A stretch of 15,574 nucleotides of DNA, from the NCBI GenBank assembly GCA_048882045.1, contig JBHLRZ010000031.1:1-15574 (forward strand). The letters run 5' to 3'. The notes beneath the pieces were generated by a model. It saw nothing but the letters and a program-made list of their open reading frames with translations, ran no database searches and had not been told where the DNA came from. The stretch's first letter is position 1, and each line of letters opens with the position of its first letter. The translations under genes and the position numbers were made by a program. The stretch comes from Candidatus Thorarchaeota archaeon (GTDB lineage Archaea > Asgardarchaeota > Thorarchaeia > Thorarchaeales > Thorarchaeaceae). Positions 7,153 to 15,192 of this stretch are shown here, one piece after another.

Positions 7153-8301
7153 CTATTCTGCGGAATCTGACGTGTCCTTAGACTTCCCCTTTGGTACAAT
7201 CTCTTCCTCTATGAATCGATTTTCGCAGCGTGTAAGGACCTTGGGGAGTGTTGTATATTCCATCTCATTTTCACTAAGACGATGAGGTTGGAATGGTCCG
7301 ATGCGTCTAAGATAGTCTGCTATCTCCATGCCTCTCTGGCGAGTTATATCAAAGGCAACATCATTAAACAGGTCAACGGGGCCAATAAGCATACCATTGG
7401 ACACCTGGAAACCAAGACCAACGACTCGTGGAGGTCCGTCAAACCGAGTACATCTCGAGTCCTCCAGACTCACCGGGAGAAGAGGACCAGCGTGGGAACC
7501 ACGCATCCAGCCTGAAACTAGGTGAGGTAATGTGAAAGCCTCGAGCACTTCACCCATTGCAGGAAGACCAGAATGTGCTCGGATAATTGCCACTGGGTCA
7601 TCCTTTCCAACATACTTCCCTGCTACTGCATGAAGTTTGTCAGTGCTGACAGAAGCAGTGATCATTCCGTCATGACGGTAGACCTTCTTGATGGTGTAGC
7701 GACCTGTGCTACCAAGCAGTGCGAGTACATCATATGATTCTTCAGGAGTCTTCATGTTGATGAAACATGGGACATCCTTCATGATATCCTGAATAATGAA
7801 ATTAAAACCATCATGGAGGTTGGGATCTATGACCAGTCCAGCTGTGTTGAATGGGTCGGCATATATCTTGTACAATGGGAGGTTGAATGCACCAGGTTCA
7901 GTCTTATCGGCCATAAAGACAGCAATTGGTTCAGACTTACGCTCCTCAATCACCATCTCTGCAGACCCAGGACCCATACCCTTTACATTCCCACTGAATG
8001 TGTCAGCAAGCATATCTTGCCCAGCTGCATAGATCTTCTTCTCTCGGGCAAGTTCTGTACCCTTCATGAAAGTATCCCACGCGAGCTTGTGTACATCCTC
8101 ATCACCTTCGCCCTTGTTGTGGGTCATTATCAACTCAAGGTCGTCACCGGCGTTGGAAACATAGAAGTCGTTGATTATCTTCTTGTTGACTGCCTCTTTC
8201 ATCTCCTTTCTCGCAAGTTCAAAGAGAAAGTCAGGTACTACTACATGACCGGCTAATGAGCCGATATCCGCTTTGATTACGCTAATGGTTGTTTCTACCA
8301 T
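7153..8301 (-). CDS. fbp: Bifunctional fructose-1,6-bisphosphate aldolase/phosphatase (FBPase class V)
   Basis: IKADIGS..GH, GDD, AGQD, ADKTEPGAFN, YVGKDDP (Schiff-base Lys and catalytic Tyr intact), GWMRGSH and MEYT motifs. Confidence 0.97.
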   Translation of the reverse strand: MVETTISVIKADIGSLAGHVVVPDFLFELARKEMKEAVNKKIINDFYVSNAGDDLELIMTHNKGEGDEDVHKLAWDTFMKGTELAREKKIYAAGQDMLADTFSGNVKGMGPGSAEMVIEERKSEPIAVFMADKTEPGAFNLPLYKIYADPFNTAGLVIDPNLHDGFNFIIQDIMKDVPCFINMKTPEESYDVLALLGSTGRYTIKKVYRHDGMITASVSTDKLHAVAGKYVGKDDPVAIIRAHSGLPAMGEVLEAFTLPHLVSGWMRGSHAGPLLPVSLEDSRCTRFDGPPRVVGLGFQVSNGMLIGPVDLFNDVAFDITRQRGMEIADYLRRIGPFQPHRLSENEMEYTTLPKVLTRCENRFIEEEIVPKGKSKDTSDSAE

Positions 8302-8381
8302 CCGTATCTCGCTCCATTAATTGATGATTATGTGGGCTCCAAAATTCGAAGCCTTTTGACTCCTTCGGCTATTCTTTACCC

Positions 8382-8389
8382 ATATAATA
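8382..8389 (-). promoter_or_regulatory. TATA-like box (TATTATAT) for fbp
   Basis: AT-rich box ~80 nt upstream of the fbp ATG, in the 133-nt gap after the aldolase gene, preceded by purine-rich GAGAAC. Confidence 0.45.
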
Positions 8390-8434
8390 GTTCTCATCTG
8401 GTGGAAGAAAGACTACAGGTTCGAAACATGAATT

Positions 8435-9322
8435 TTAGACCTTTAACATGATATCCTTGAGTGTCTTAGTCATCTTCATGGCATCTTCCCAATCTCTCTG
8501 CCACATGTTTCTGCCAAAGATCAGTCCGGTTGCTCCTTGCTCCATGCAAATTTTTGCACGCTCAATGACCTGTTCATCTGTTGCCATCCCACCACCAGAG
8601 AAGAGCACTAGTGTCTTTCCTGCAGTCTTCACTACTTTGGCAACCATATCCTCAGTTGAAAGGTCAAGTTTGTCATATGGAGGTCTCTGTTTCTTCCTGC
8701 TTTCAGGACTATTGAGAGGCACATTTAGTTTGACAACATCTGCTCCCAGTTCATCTGCGACCCTTGCAGCATAATCAATTGCAAACAATGAGTCCCGACC
8801 TCCCTTCTCATCAACAGCGCTACCTCTGGGATAAGCCCAGACTATGATTGGCATACCATAACGCTCTGCATCCTTCTTGACTTTCCTGAACTGAGTGAAG
8901 TCTGTGTGTTGATTAGGACTTCCAACATAGAGGGTATAACCAATAGCATCAGCACCGATTCTAACAGCATCCTCAACAGAACCAGTCATTGGAGAAACAG
9001 GCTCGTCAGCTGGAGGGATGCGTGTCTTTCCATTAATCTTCAACACGATAGGAATCTTTCCAGCAAATTTCGGACCGTACTTTTCTGCGAGTCCGAGGTG
9101 CAATGCGATTCCTGAATATCCACCCTCAACTGCGAGTCTGAACTGATACTCTGGATTCAGACAATCATGATCAGTGAAGAAATCGACGGGTCCATGTTCC
9201 ATTCCTTGGTCAATTGGAAGTATGACCATAGTACCGTTTCCCGGACCATGTTCGTACATCATTCGGTGGAGTCGAGTTCGTTTTCCCAAGTTCAGATGAT
9301 GTAAATCGTCAAGCTTTGACAT
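8435..9322 (-). CDS. fbaB: Class I (DhnA/FbaB-type) fructose-bisphosphate aldolase
   Basis: PIDQGMEHGP, LKING, SVEDAVRIGADAIGYT.Y.GS, WAYPRG, GADVVK (Schiff-base Lys), SGG and GRN.WQ motifs. Confidence 0.92.
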   Translation of the reverse strand: MSKLDDLHHLNLGKRTRLHRMMYEHGPGNGTMVILPIDQGMEHGPVDFFTDHDCLNPEYQFRLAVEGGYSGIALHLGLAEKYGPKFAGKIPIVLKINGKTRIPPADEPVSPMTGSVEDAVRIGADAIGYTLYVGSPNQHTDFTQFRKVKKDAERYGMPIIVWAYPRGSAVDEKGGRDSLFAIDYAARVADELGADVVKLNVPLNSPESRKKQRPPYDKLDLSTEDMVAKVVKTAGKTLVLFSGGGMATDEQVIERAKICMEQGATGLIFGRNMWQRDWEDAMKMTKTLKDIMLKV

Positions 9323-9431
9323 GCAGATGACCTCAGATTGATTTTCCTAGAGAATGCCTCCCCCTATATGCTTAGCGAGTGAAACAAAAGTAAGAAATCG
9401 TAGTTTTCATGCTTATTACAAGTGATTTTTC

Positions 9432-10253
9432 ATGAACGGGAAGAAGATTTCTGCAACCCGACCAGTGACTGAGGACAGAGAGCAATATCACCTCGAGGTA
9501 AAGAAAGGTGATGTAGCCAAGTCTGTATTGATTCCTGGAGACCCCCAGCGTGTCGAGAGAATCAGTGCCCTCTGGGATGAAGCGACAGAGGTCGCAATGC
9601 ACAGGCAGTTTGTTACTCACACTGGGAAATACAAAGGTGCAGACATCTCAGCTTGTTCAACCGGCATAGGAGGACCCGGAACAGCCATTGTCATTGAGGA
9701 GTTAGCAAATGTTGGTGCTGAAACCTTCCTCAGAGTGGGATCTTGTGCTACATTGAAAGAGGAAATCGAGATTGGTGACATTATCATCTCCACCGCAGCT
9801 GTTAGACTAGAAGGGACTAGCAAACAGTACGTACGACCAGAGTATCCAGCATCTGCATCATATGAAGCCATCTTGGCTTTTGTAGAAGCAGCAGAAACTC
9901 TGGGTTTGAAATATCATCTTGGAATTTCCGCATCAACCGATTCATTCTATCTGGGGCAGTCACGACCTGGTTTCGGAGGTTATACGCAGAACATGAGTGA
10001 AACACTGATTCAAGACCTCACTAAAGCGAACGTGACAAATTTCGAGATGGAAGCTGCAACTCTCTTCACACTCGGTAACATCTACGGATTCAGGACTGGA
10101 GCTGCCTGTGCTGTGTATGCAAATAGAGTCCGTGACGAATTTGCTGTGAAGGGAGAGAATGATGTCATTCGATGTGGGAATGAAGCGGTGAAGATTTTGG
10201 CTGAGATGGATGAAGAGAAATCAGGAAGGATGTTTTGGAGCCGAAAACTTTAG
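9432..10253 (+). CDS. udp: Uridine phosphorylase
   Basis: QYHL, PGDP.R, STGIGGP, EEL, RVGSC, R.EGTS..Y, DSFY.GQ.R and NFEME motifs. Confidence 0.93.
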   Translation: MNGKKISATRPVTEDREQYHLEVKKGDVAKSVLIPGDPQRVERISALWDEATEVAMHRQFVTHTGKYKGADISACSTGIGGPGTAIVIEELANVGAETFLRVGSCATLKEEIEIGDIIISTAAVRLEGTSKQYVRPEYPASASYEAILAFVEAAETLGLKYHLGISASTDSFYLGQSRPGFGGYTQNMSETLIQDLTKANVTNFEMEAATLFTLGNIYGFRTGAACAVYANRVRDEFAVKGENDVIRCGNEAVKILAEMDEEKSGRMFWSRKL

Positions 10254-10270
10254 TCACCATCGCTTGTTGG

Positions 10271-12091
10271 CTACTTGCCCCTTCCTACGTAGTAGTATTC
10301 ACCAGAAGCCTTCTGCTGTGAGTCCAACTGGGACCCATCCTTATTCACTCTCGGTCGTCCAGTCTGGGGGTCTCTTCGGAATGTCACTCCCATCTCCTTA
10401 AGGAACGTGTTCATCCCGTTTCGAAGTGTTCTGACTGATGATGCAACACCAGACTTACCCGGAACTCCTTTGAACACGATAAGGCTGTCGCTAAGATAGT
10501 CAGCCATGAGAATGGAGTGCTCTACGACGAAAGCGGTCTTCATATTGTTTCGGACCAGCCGTCTTATTGCACCGGATACTGCCAGTCGCTGTTCGATGTC
10601 TAAGAACGCTGAGGGCTCATCCAGGAGGTAAATATCAGATTCCCGGGCGAGACAAGCTGCGATAGCTGCCCTCTGAAGCTCACCTCCACTGAGGTCTGGA
10701 ACGTTGTGTTCCAGTAGGTGCTCGAGCTCAAGCTTCTTTATGACAGAGGTCTTGAAGTCTGCTGAGTCAATCGTGCTTCCGCCTGCTTTTCTGAGATACA
10801 TTCGTAGATTTCCATCAAAGTCATTAGGGATGTACTGTGGCTTGTAGCTTATCTTCAGGTCTAATCCTGTGACTGTCTTTGCTGGCACGTCACCCCCATC
10901 AGGCTCAAGCTCCCCCGCGAGCATCCTCACGAAAGTGGTCTTACCTATACCATTCGCTCCCAGTATGCCAATGATTTGACCCTTGGAAACACGACCCCCC
11001 TTGGCCTCAAGTGTGAAGTCCTCAAAGTTCTTCTTCAGATCACCATACTCCAACAAGGTCTCAGCTGACCTGTACTCTTCATCTTCACCGGTCATCCCCT
11101 TGAACGAGATTGCAGAGTCACGGAACCGCATGTTTTCATCAGGGATGAAACCATCGAGGAAGATGTTGACACCTACACGTGTGCTATGGGGGTGTGACAC
11201 AATACCATAGACTCCAGGGTTTCCATAGAACATACAGACCAGGTCTGATACATAGTCAAGGATTGACAGGTCGTGCTCAACTACGACTATTGTCTTTCCT
11301 AGAGCGGAGAGGTTTCGTATAGCCCGTGCCATTCTAAGGCGCTCTCGCACATCAAGGTAGGCAGTGGGCTCATCGAAGAAGTATGTATCACCTTCCCTGA
11401 TAATGGCTGCAGTGACTGCTACCCTCTGGAGTTCTCCACCACTGAGAAACTTGATAGGCCTATCCCAGATTTCCTCAAGACTCATGTCTTTCTTGAGATC
11501 TTTTAGACGCCCTGAGGAGTCTGACGCCTCCAGAAGGTCACTGATTGGTTTGTCTGCAAGATCTTTGACCTTTGGGAGGTCGGTGATGTTCTGGGGTTTG
11601 AGAATAGGAACAAGGGAACCAGCCTGAATCTTCTCAAAGAAGGGTTGTAGCTCTGAGCCTCTGAACTCCCGGATTATCTCATCCCATTCTGGAGGATCTT
11701 CCACTCTACCCAGGTTTGGAGGCATCTCCCCTGCCAGGATCTGGATAGCGGTTGTCTTTCCGACACCATTCGGTCCAATTAGACCCAACACCTGTCCATC
11801 CTTTGGCGTTGGAAGTCTGAACAACTTGAAGCCGTTGATGCTGTATCGGTGGCTGGTGTCGGTTTCTAGCTCCTCGGGCAGATTGACTATCTTGATGACA
11901 TTGTAAGGGCATTTCTTGACGCATATCGCTTCTCCAGAACATAGAGCCTCCACTATGACGGGTGGTTTGTCGGGACCATCTGGAAAGATTACAGTCTCAT
12001 CACCGGTTCTTACCCGTGGACAGAACCTCTGACACTCATGAGTGCAGTCTTTTGGTCTACATCTATATTTGTCAACAATAGCAATACGCAT
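10271..12091 (-). CDS. abce1: ABCE1/RLI ribosome-recycling ATPase
   Basis: N-terminal Fe-S domain, two NBDs (GPNGVGKT, GANGIGKT, LSGGELQR twice, DEP, VEH), the F..ENmRFR hinge and C-terminal TFRRD..GRPR.NK. Confidence 0.98.
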   Translation of the reverse strand: MRIAIVDKYRCRPKDCTHECQRFCPRVRTGDETVIFPDGPDKPPVIVEALCSGEAICVKKCPYNVIKIVNLPEELETDTSHRYSINGFKLFRLPTPKDGQVLGLIGPNGVGKTTAIQILAGEMPPNLGRVEDPPEWDEIIREFRGSELQPFFEKIQAGSLVPILKPQNITDLPKVKDLADKPISDLLEASDSSGRLKDLKKDMSLEEIWDRPIKFLSGGELQRVAVTAAIIREGDTYFFDEPTAYLDVRERLRMARAIRNLSALGKTIVVVEHDLSILDYVSDLVCMFYGNPGVYGIVSHPHSTRVGVNIFLDGFIPDENMRFRDSAISFKGMTGEDEEYRSAETLLEYGDLKKNFEDFTLEAKGGRVSKGQIIGILGANGIGKTTFVRMLAGELEPDGGDVPAKTVTGLDLKISYKPQYIPNDFDGNLRMYLRKAGGSTIDSADFKTSVIKKLELEHLLEHNVPDLSGGELQRAAIAACLARESDIYLLDEPSAFLDIEQRLAVSGAIRRLVRNNMKTAFVVEHSILMADYLSDSLIVFKGVPGKSGVASSVRTLRNGMNTFLKEMGVTFRRDPQTGRPRVNKDGSQLDSQQKASGEYYYVGRGK

Positions 12092-12220
12092 CTAATGCTT
12101 CAACACCTGTGAGGAACTGTACGCGGATGATTTTGGAGACTATTTAGCGCTTTGGCTGTGTGAAATGGGCAATTGCAAATCCTTTTGTACGATTTGGATG
12201 AATCAATTCTTGAAATTGCA

Positions 12221-12454
12221 ATGAAGATACTCGAAAGACTTCTCGATGTTTTTGGCAGACGCCGTCAGCTACTTCTAGGTGCTAAGTCTCAACCAAACGA
12301 TCTAATGGCACTGGTTCGAGCAGTCCGTGCAAATGCATACTTCAAGATAACAGGAAAGAGATTGCCGGTTCAAGAATTACCAACTGGTAGTAGTATAGAT
12401 GACATGACGAGAGACCTCTCTCCATCTAGACGACTTGCGCGGAGAGATCTATAG
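12221..12454 (+). CDS. Small basic hypothetical protein
   Basis: Fills the gap between ABCE1 and the next gene. Start is ATG 12221 or TTG 12173. No recognisable motif. Confidence 0.55.
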   Translation: MKILERLLDVFGRRRQLLLGAKSQPNDLMALVRAVRANAYFKITGKRLPVQELPTGSSIDDMTRDLSPSRRLARRDL

Positions 12455-12487
12455 TCGGAAATTCTCATTACGTTTATAGCCTCTGGA

Positions 12488-13147
12488 ATGTTAGTTCTCA
12501 GGGGATTGAAGATTCCGAATAGAGGATTGATTGTTGTCATCTGTCTGCTCATCTCATGTGCGATTATAGTCCCATGGTTCTTTCCCCAGGTATCGAATGA
12601 TGACAAAATAGGTTGGCTAACTCTGACGTACAGTGTAAGCGAGCAAGTGTACCTTAATGGTTCACAAATTCGATCCACAGAACGGACGGACGAAATGGCA
12701 TTTGTTACTTCTAGGAACAACATGGAGAAAATGTTGGGTCCGCAATATTACTATGAATATCCGCTTGTTATGAATGTGAGTTCTTGGGAGATTAATGATG
12801 GGGTGGAATTAAGGAACAGAAATGGCGGAACAGTAATGTCAGTAATAGTGACAGAAACAAGTGTCGAGGGATATGATTGTTGGGTGTGCGAGATTGGTCT
12901 GAATAATGCTCTCTTCTATGACGAGATTACTGGACTCCTAGTTATGGTAAACCTGACAATAATGCAGACAGATTCTGTCCTCTATGAAACGCTCATAGTA
13001 GCTCAGCTCGTAGAAGCAAATTACGAAATACCAGGAGAAGGTTATCCCACTCAGGAAAGTCTGTTTCTGGCCGGAATTTTCATTGAGATGGCGATCGTTG
13101 TGTGGTTTGTTCCAAACTATATGAGAAAGAAACAGCATCAACCTTAA
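12488..13147 (+). CDS. Membrane-anchored extracytoplasmic protein (N- and C-terminal TM helices), paralog A
   Basis: Hydrophobic termini around a beta-rich core with the motif GYDCW...FYDEITGLLV. Carries N-x-S/T sequons. Confidence 0.8.
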   Translation: MLVLRGLKIPNRGLIVVICLLISCAIIVPWFFPQVSNDDKIGWLTLTYSVSEQVYLNGSQIRSTERTDEMAFVTSRNNMEKMLGPQYYYEYPLVMNVSSWEINDGVELRNRNGGTVMSVIVTETSVEGYDCWVCEIGLNNALFYDEITGLLVMVNLTIMQTDSVLYETLIVAQLVEANYEIPGEGYPTQESLFLAGIFIEMAIVVWFVPNYMRKKQHQP

Positions 13148-13169
13148 AGCCACTCACAGCGAGAAAGTC

Positions 13170-13808
13170 GTGGGGATTGAGATTTCAAGAAGAGTAGTCG
13201 GATTAATAGTTGGAATTCTCCTGATTGTTTCAGTGAGTAGTCCTTTCATCTTCTTTAGTCACTACCCTGATTACGACAACGTGATAGAACTTACTCTGAA
13301 ATATAGCCATCAAGAAGCGAACTATTCGTCGGACGATGGATGGAATACTTTGGTAGACGAAACAATTGTCCGGACTTATTTCACAAGTCTGAACAACATG
13401 AGTAGGATATTGAGCAACGAAACCATTGCGGGATATCCACTCATAACTGATGTGAGTGACTGGAGAATTGGATTCAGTGTCAATATACGAGGACATACTG
13501 GTTATGTCGACTCAGACATGCAAGATAGTGGTCACAACTGTTGGATAGTTTCGATTGATGATTACAACAGTGTCTATTATGACAAAGATTGGGGATTACT
13601 TGTTGAGAAGAGGTATTCGAGAGTGGTATACTTTGGAAGTGTGTTTGATATAGAGAGAGAAATTATCGAATATACTCTCACTGATTCAAACCTAGAAGAT
13701 TTTGGTTCCTACTACATATCGCTTGATGGCTGGTTGTTCTCAGGGATACTTGTGCAGATTGTAGTGGTTATCGGATTTGTCTATGATCGGCGTTATGGTG
13801 AAGTGTGA
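13170..13808 (+). CDS. Membrane-anchored extracytoplasmic protein (N- and C-terminal TM helices), paralog B
   Basis: Same architecture as paralog A, with GHNCW...YYDKDWGLLV. Colinear motifs are shared with 12488..13147. Confidence 0.8.
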   Translation: MGIEISRRVVGLIVGILLIVSVSSPFIFFSHYPDYDNVIELTLKYSHQEANYSSDDGWNTLVDETIVRTYFTSLNNMSRILSNETIAGYPLITDVSDWRIGFSVNIRGHTGYVDSDMQDSGHNCWIVSIDDYNSVYYDKDWGLLVEKRYSRVVYFGSVFDIEREIIEYTLTDSNLEDFGSYYISLDGWLFSGILVQIVVVIGFVYDRRYGEV

Positions 13809-13850
13809 GGTTTCGAAAGCATATTATGTCTCCAGCTCAATACATCTCCT

Positions 13851-13926
13851 GTCGGGATGATGAAGAAGCATGGATGGCGAGCGAATTCATCAGCGCGATG
13901 AACCTCTAAACCGCAGTCTGACCGAT
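13851..13926 (+). ncRNA. Box C/D 2'-O-methylation guide sRNA
   Basis: C box ATGATGA (13857-63) and D box CTGA (13918-21). Terminal stem TCGG(13852-55)/CCGA(13922-25) gives exact k-turn geometry. C'-like GCGATGA (13895-901) and D'-like GCGA (13877-80). TATA-like ATATTAT lies ~25-30 nt upstream. The element is intergenic. Confidence 0.78.
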
Positions 13927-13955
13927 GCGCCATTCTGGCAGGAGAACCTGATACT

Positions 13956-14372
13956 TTGAGCCCATTTGTCTGCAACCACGACGGATCATGTAAGGAGGTC
14001 CGTCTGTGTTGTACTGAAACAGAGATGACCCTGACCCGTGAGGATGCCGAAAGGATTGAGGCTCTTGGTTATGATAGGGACGTTTTTCTAGTGAAAGTGA
14101 AGGATGGCTTCTGTGAACTGAAAAATGTGGACGGTTTCTGTTATTTCTACGATATTGAATCAAAGAAGTGCAGAATCTATGAGCATCGTCCGGAGGGGTG
14201 CAAGTATTATCCAATCATTTATGATTCGAGAAGAAAGAAGTGCATCATAGATAGAGACTGCCCTTCTGGTGAAACCGAAACTAGGGAGGAGGTCCGTAAA
14301 GTGTGTCATAAGGTCAGGAAGCTTGTCGAAACTCTCATTCAGGAGGCAGCACATGGTGAGAGCCCGTGCTGA
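13956..14372 (+). CDS. YkgJ-family (CxxCxxCC-like) cysteine-cluster protein
   Basis: CC..tem.LT.eD..RI, G.C.FyD..sk.C.IYE.RP..C..YP and a distal CP. TTG start with an AGGAG RBS. Confidence 0.9.
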   Translation: MSPFVCNHDGSCKEVRLCCTETEMTLTREDAERIEALGYDRDVFLVKVKDGFCELKNVDGFCYFYDIESKKCRIYEHRPEGCKYYPIIYDSRRKKCIIDRDCPSGETETREEVRKVCHKVRKLVETLIQEAAHGESPC

Positions 14373-15192
14373 TCTCCACACTCACTCCTCAGGATCAGAT
14401 GGGAGTGATTCACCATCTGAGATAGCCAGAAAAGCAGACAAGATGGGACTCGGTGGAATTGCTCTCACAGACCATGACTCACTCGATGGTATTAAGGAGT
14501 TCATGGAAGCGGATGTGTCTGATGAGATCACACGAGTTCCTGGGTTAGAGATCAGTGCGGAGTATAACGACAAAGAGGTCCACATCCTCGGATACTTCGT
14601 GCCTTTGAACTCAAAGCCTCTCAATGAAAGCCTACAAAGCCTCAGACAGGCAAGGCATGACCGGCTTCCCAAGATGATGAAGAAGTTGAACGACTTAGGT
14701 GTCGATGTCACACTAGAGCAGTTATATGACACACTCGAAGGAGTAGCAAGTCCAGGTCGACCCCATGTTGCAAAATTACTAGTTGAGAAAGGATATGTCA
14801 AAACATTCCGAGAGGCTTTCGAGAAGTATCTTGCGGCAAACAGACCTGCATACGTAAAGAAAGAAAGAATGGAAGTTCGTGAAGCAGTGAGGTTATTCAA
14901 GAGAGTTGGAGCAGCCCCAGTCCTAGCGCACCCTCTCACTATCAAAGTACCCGACCTACGACCTGTTATTGAAGAACTGATGGATGAAGGTCTTGTGGGT
15001 GTAGAGGTCAAGTATGACTATGGTCATATAGTCATGAGATTCCCAGACATAGATGTGGAGGAAACAATCAAAGATCTGGATTTAGTTAAGACTGGTGGTA
15101 GTGACTATCACGGACCAATACATTACACAGAACTTGGTAGCATAACTGTCCCTGTTGAGATCATTGATGAACTTAGGAGGAGAACGAATTGA
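14353..15192 (+). CDS. PHP-domain phosphoesterase (TrpH/YciV-like)
   Basis: DLHTHS..SDG, ALTDHD, GLEIS, VHILGY, GRPH.A, LAHP and GGSDYHG motifs. AGGAGG RBS at 14341-46 places the start at ATG 14353. Confidence 0.95.
   Translation: MVRARADLHTHSSGSDGSDSPSEIARKADKMGLGGIALTDHDSLDGIKEFMEADVSDEITRVPGLEISAEYNDKEVHILGYFVPLNSKPLNESLQSLRQARHDRLPKMMKKLNDLGVDVTLEQLYDTLEGVASPGRPHVAKLLVEKGYVKTFREAFEKYLAANRPAYVKKERMEVREAVRLFKRVGAAPVLAHPLTIKVPDLRPVIEELMDEGLVGVEVKYDYGHIVMRFPDIDVEETIKDLDLVKTGGSDYHGPIHYTELGSITVPVEIIDELRRRTN

Noticed and set aside
13860-13935. Fluoride-riboswitch-like words (GCGATG..AAACCGC..CTGA) and a hammerhead-like CTGATGA on the minus strand
   Set aside because: The required P1/pseudoknot pairings and the hammerhead GAAA/stems are absent. 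The C/D box model fits much better.
14269-14352. N-terminal extension of the PHP ORF in the ORF track
   Set aside because: It overlaps ykgJ. The AGGAGG RBS and the DLHTH motif place the real start at 14353.
14364-14372. ykgJ ends in Cys-TGA, so selenocysteine readthrough was considered
   Set aside because: No recognisable SECIS nearby, the readthrough peptide is short and featureless, and the family domain is already complete.
14382-15011. 209-aa antisense ORF, plus similar antisense ORFs inside fbp, fbaB, tpiA, ABCE1 and the MDR gene
   Set aside because: They lie entirely opposite well-supported genes and show no motifs; they are explained by the codon bias of the sense strand.
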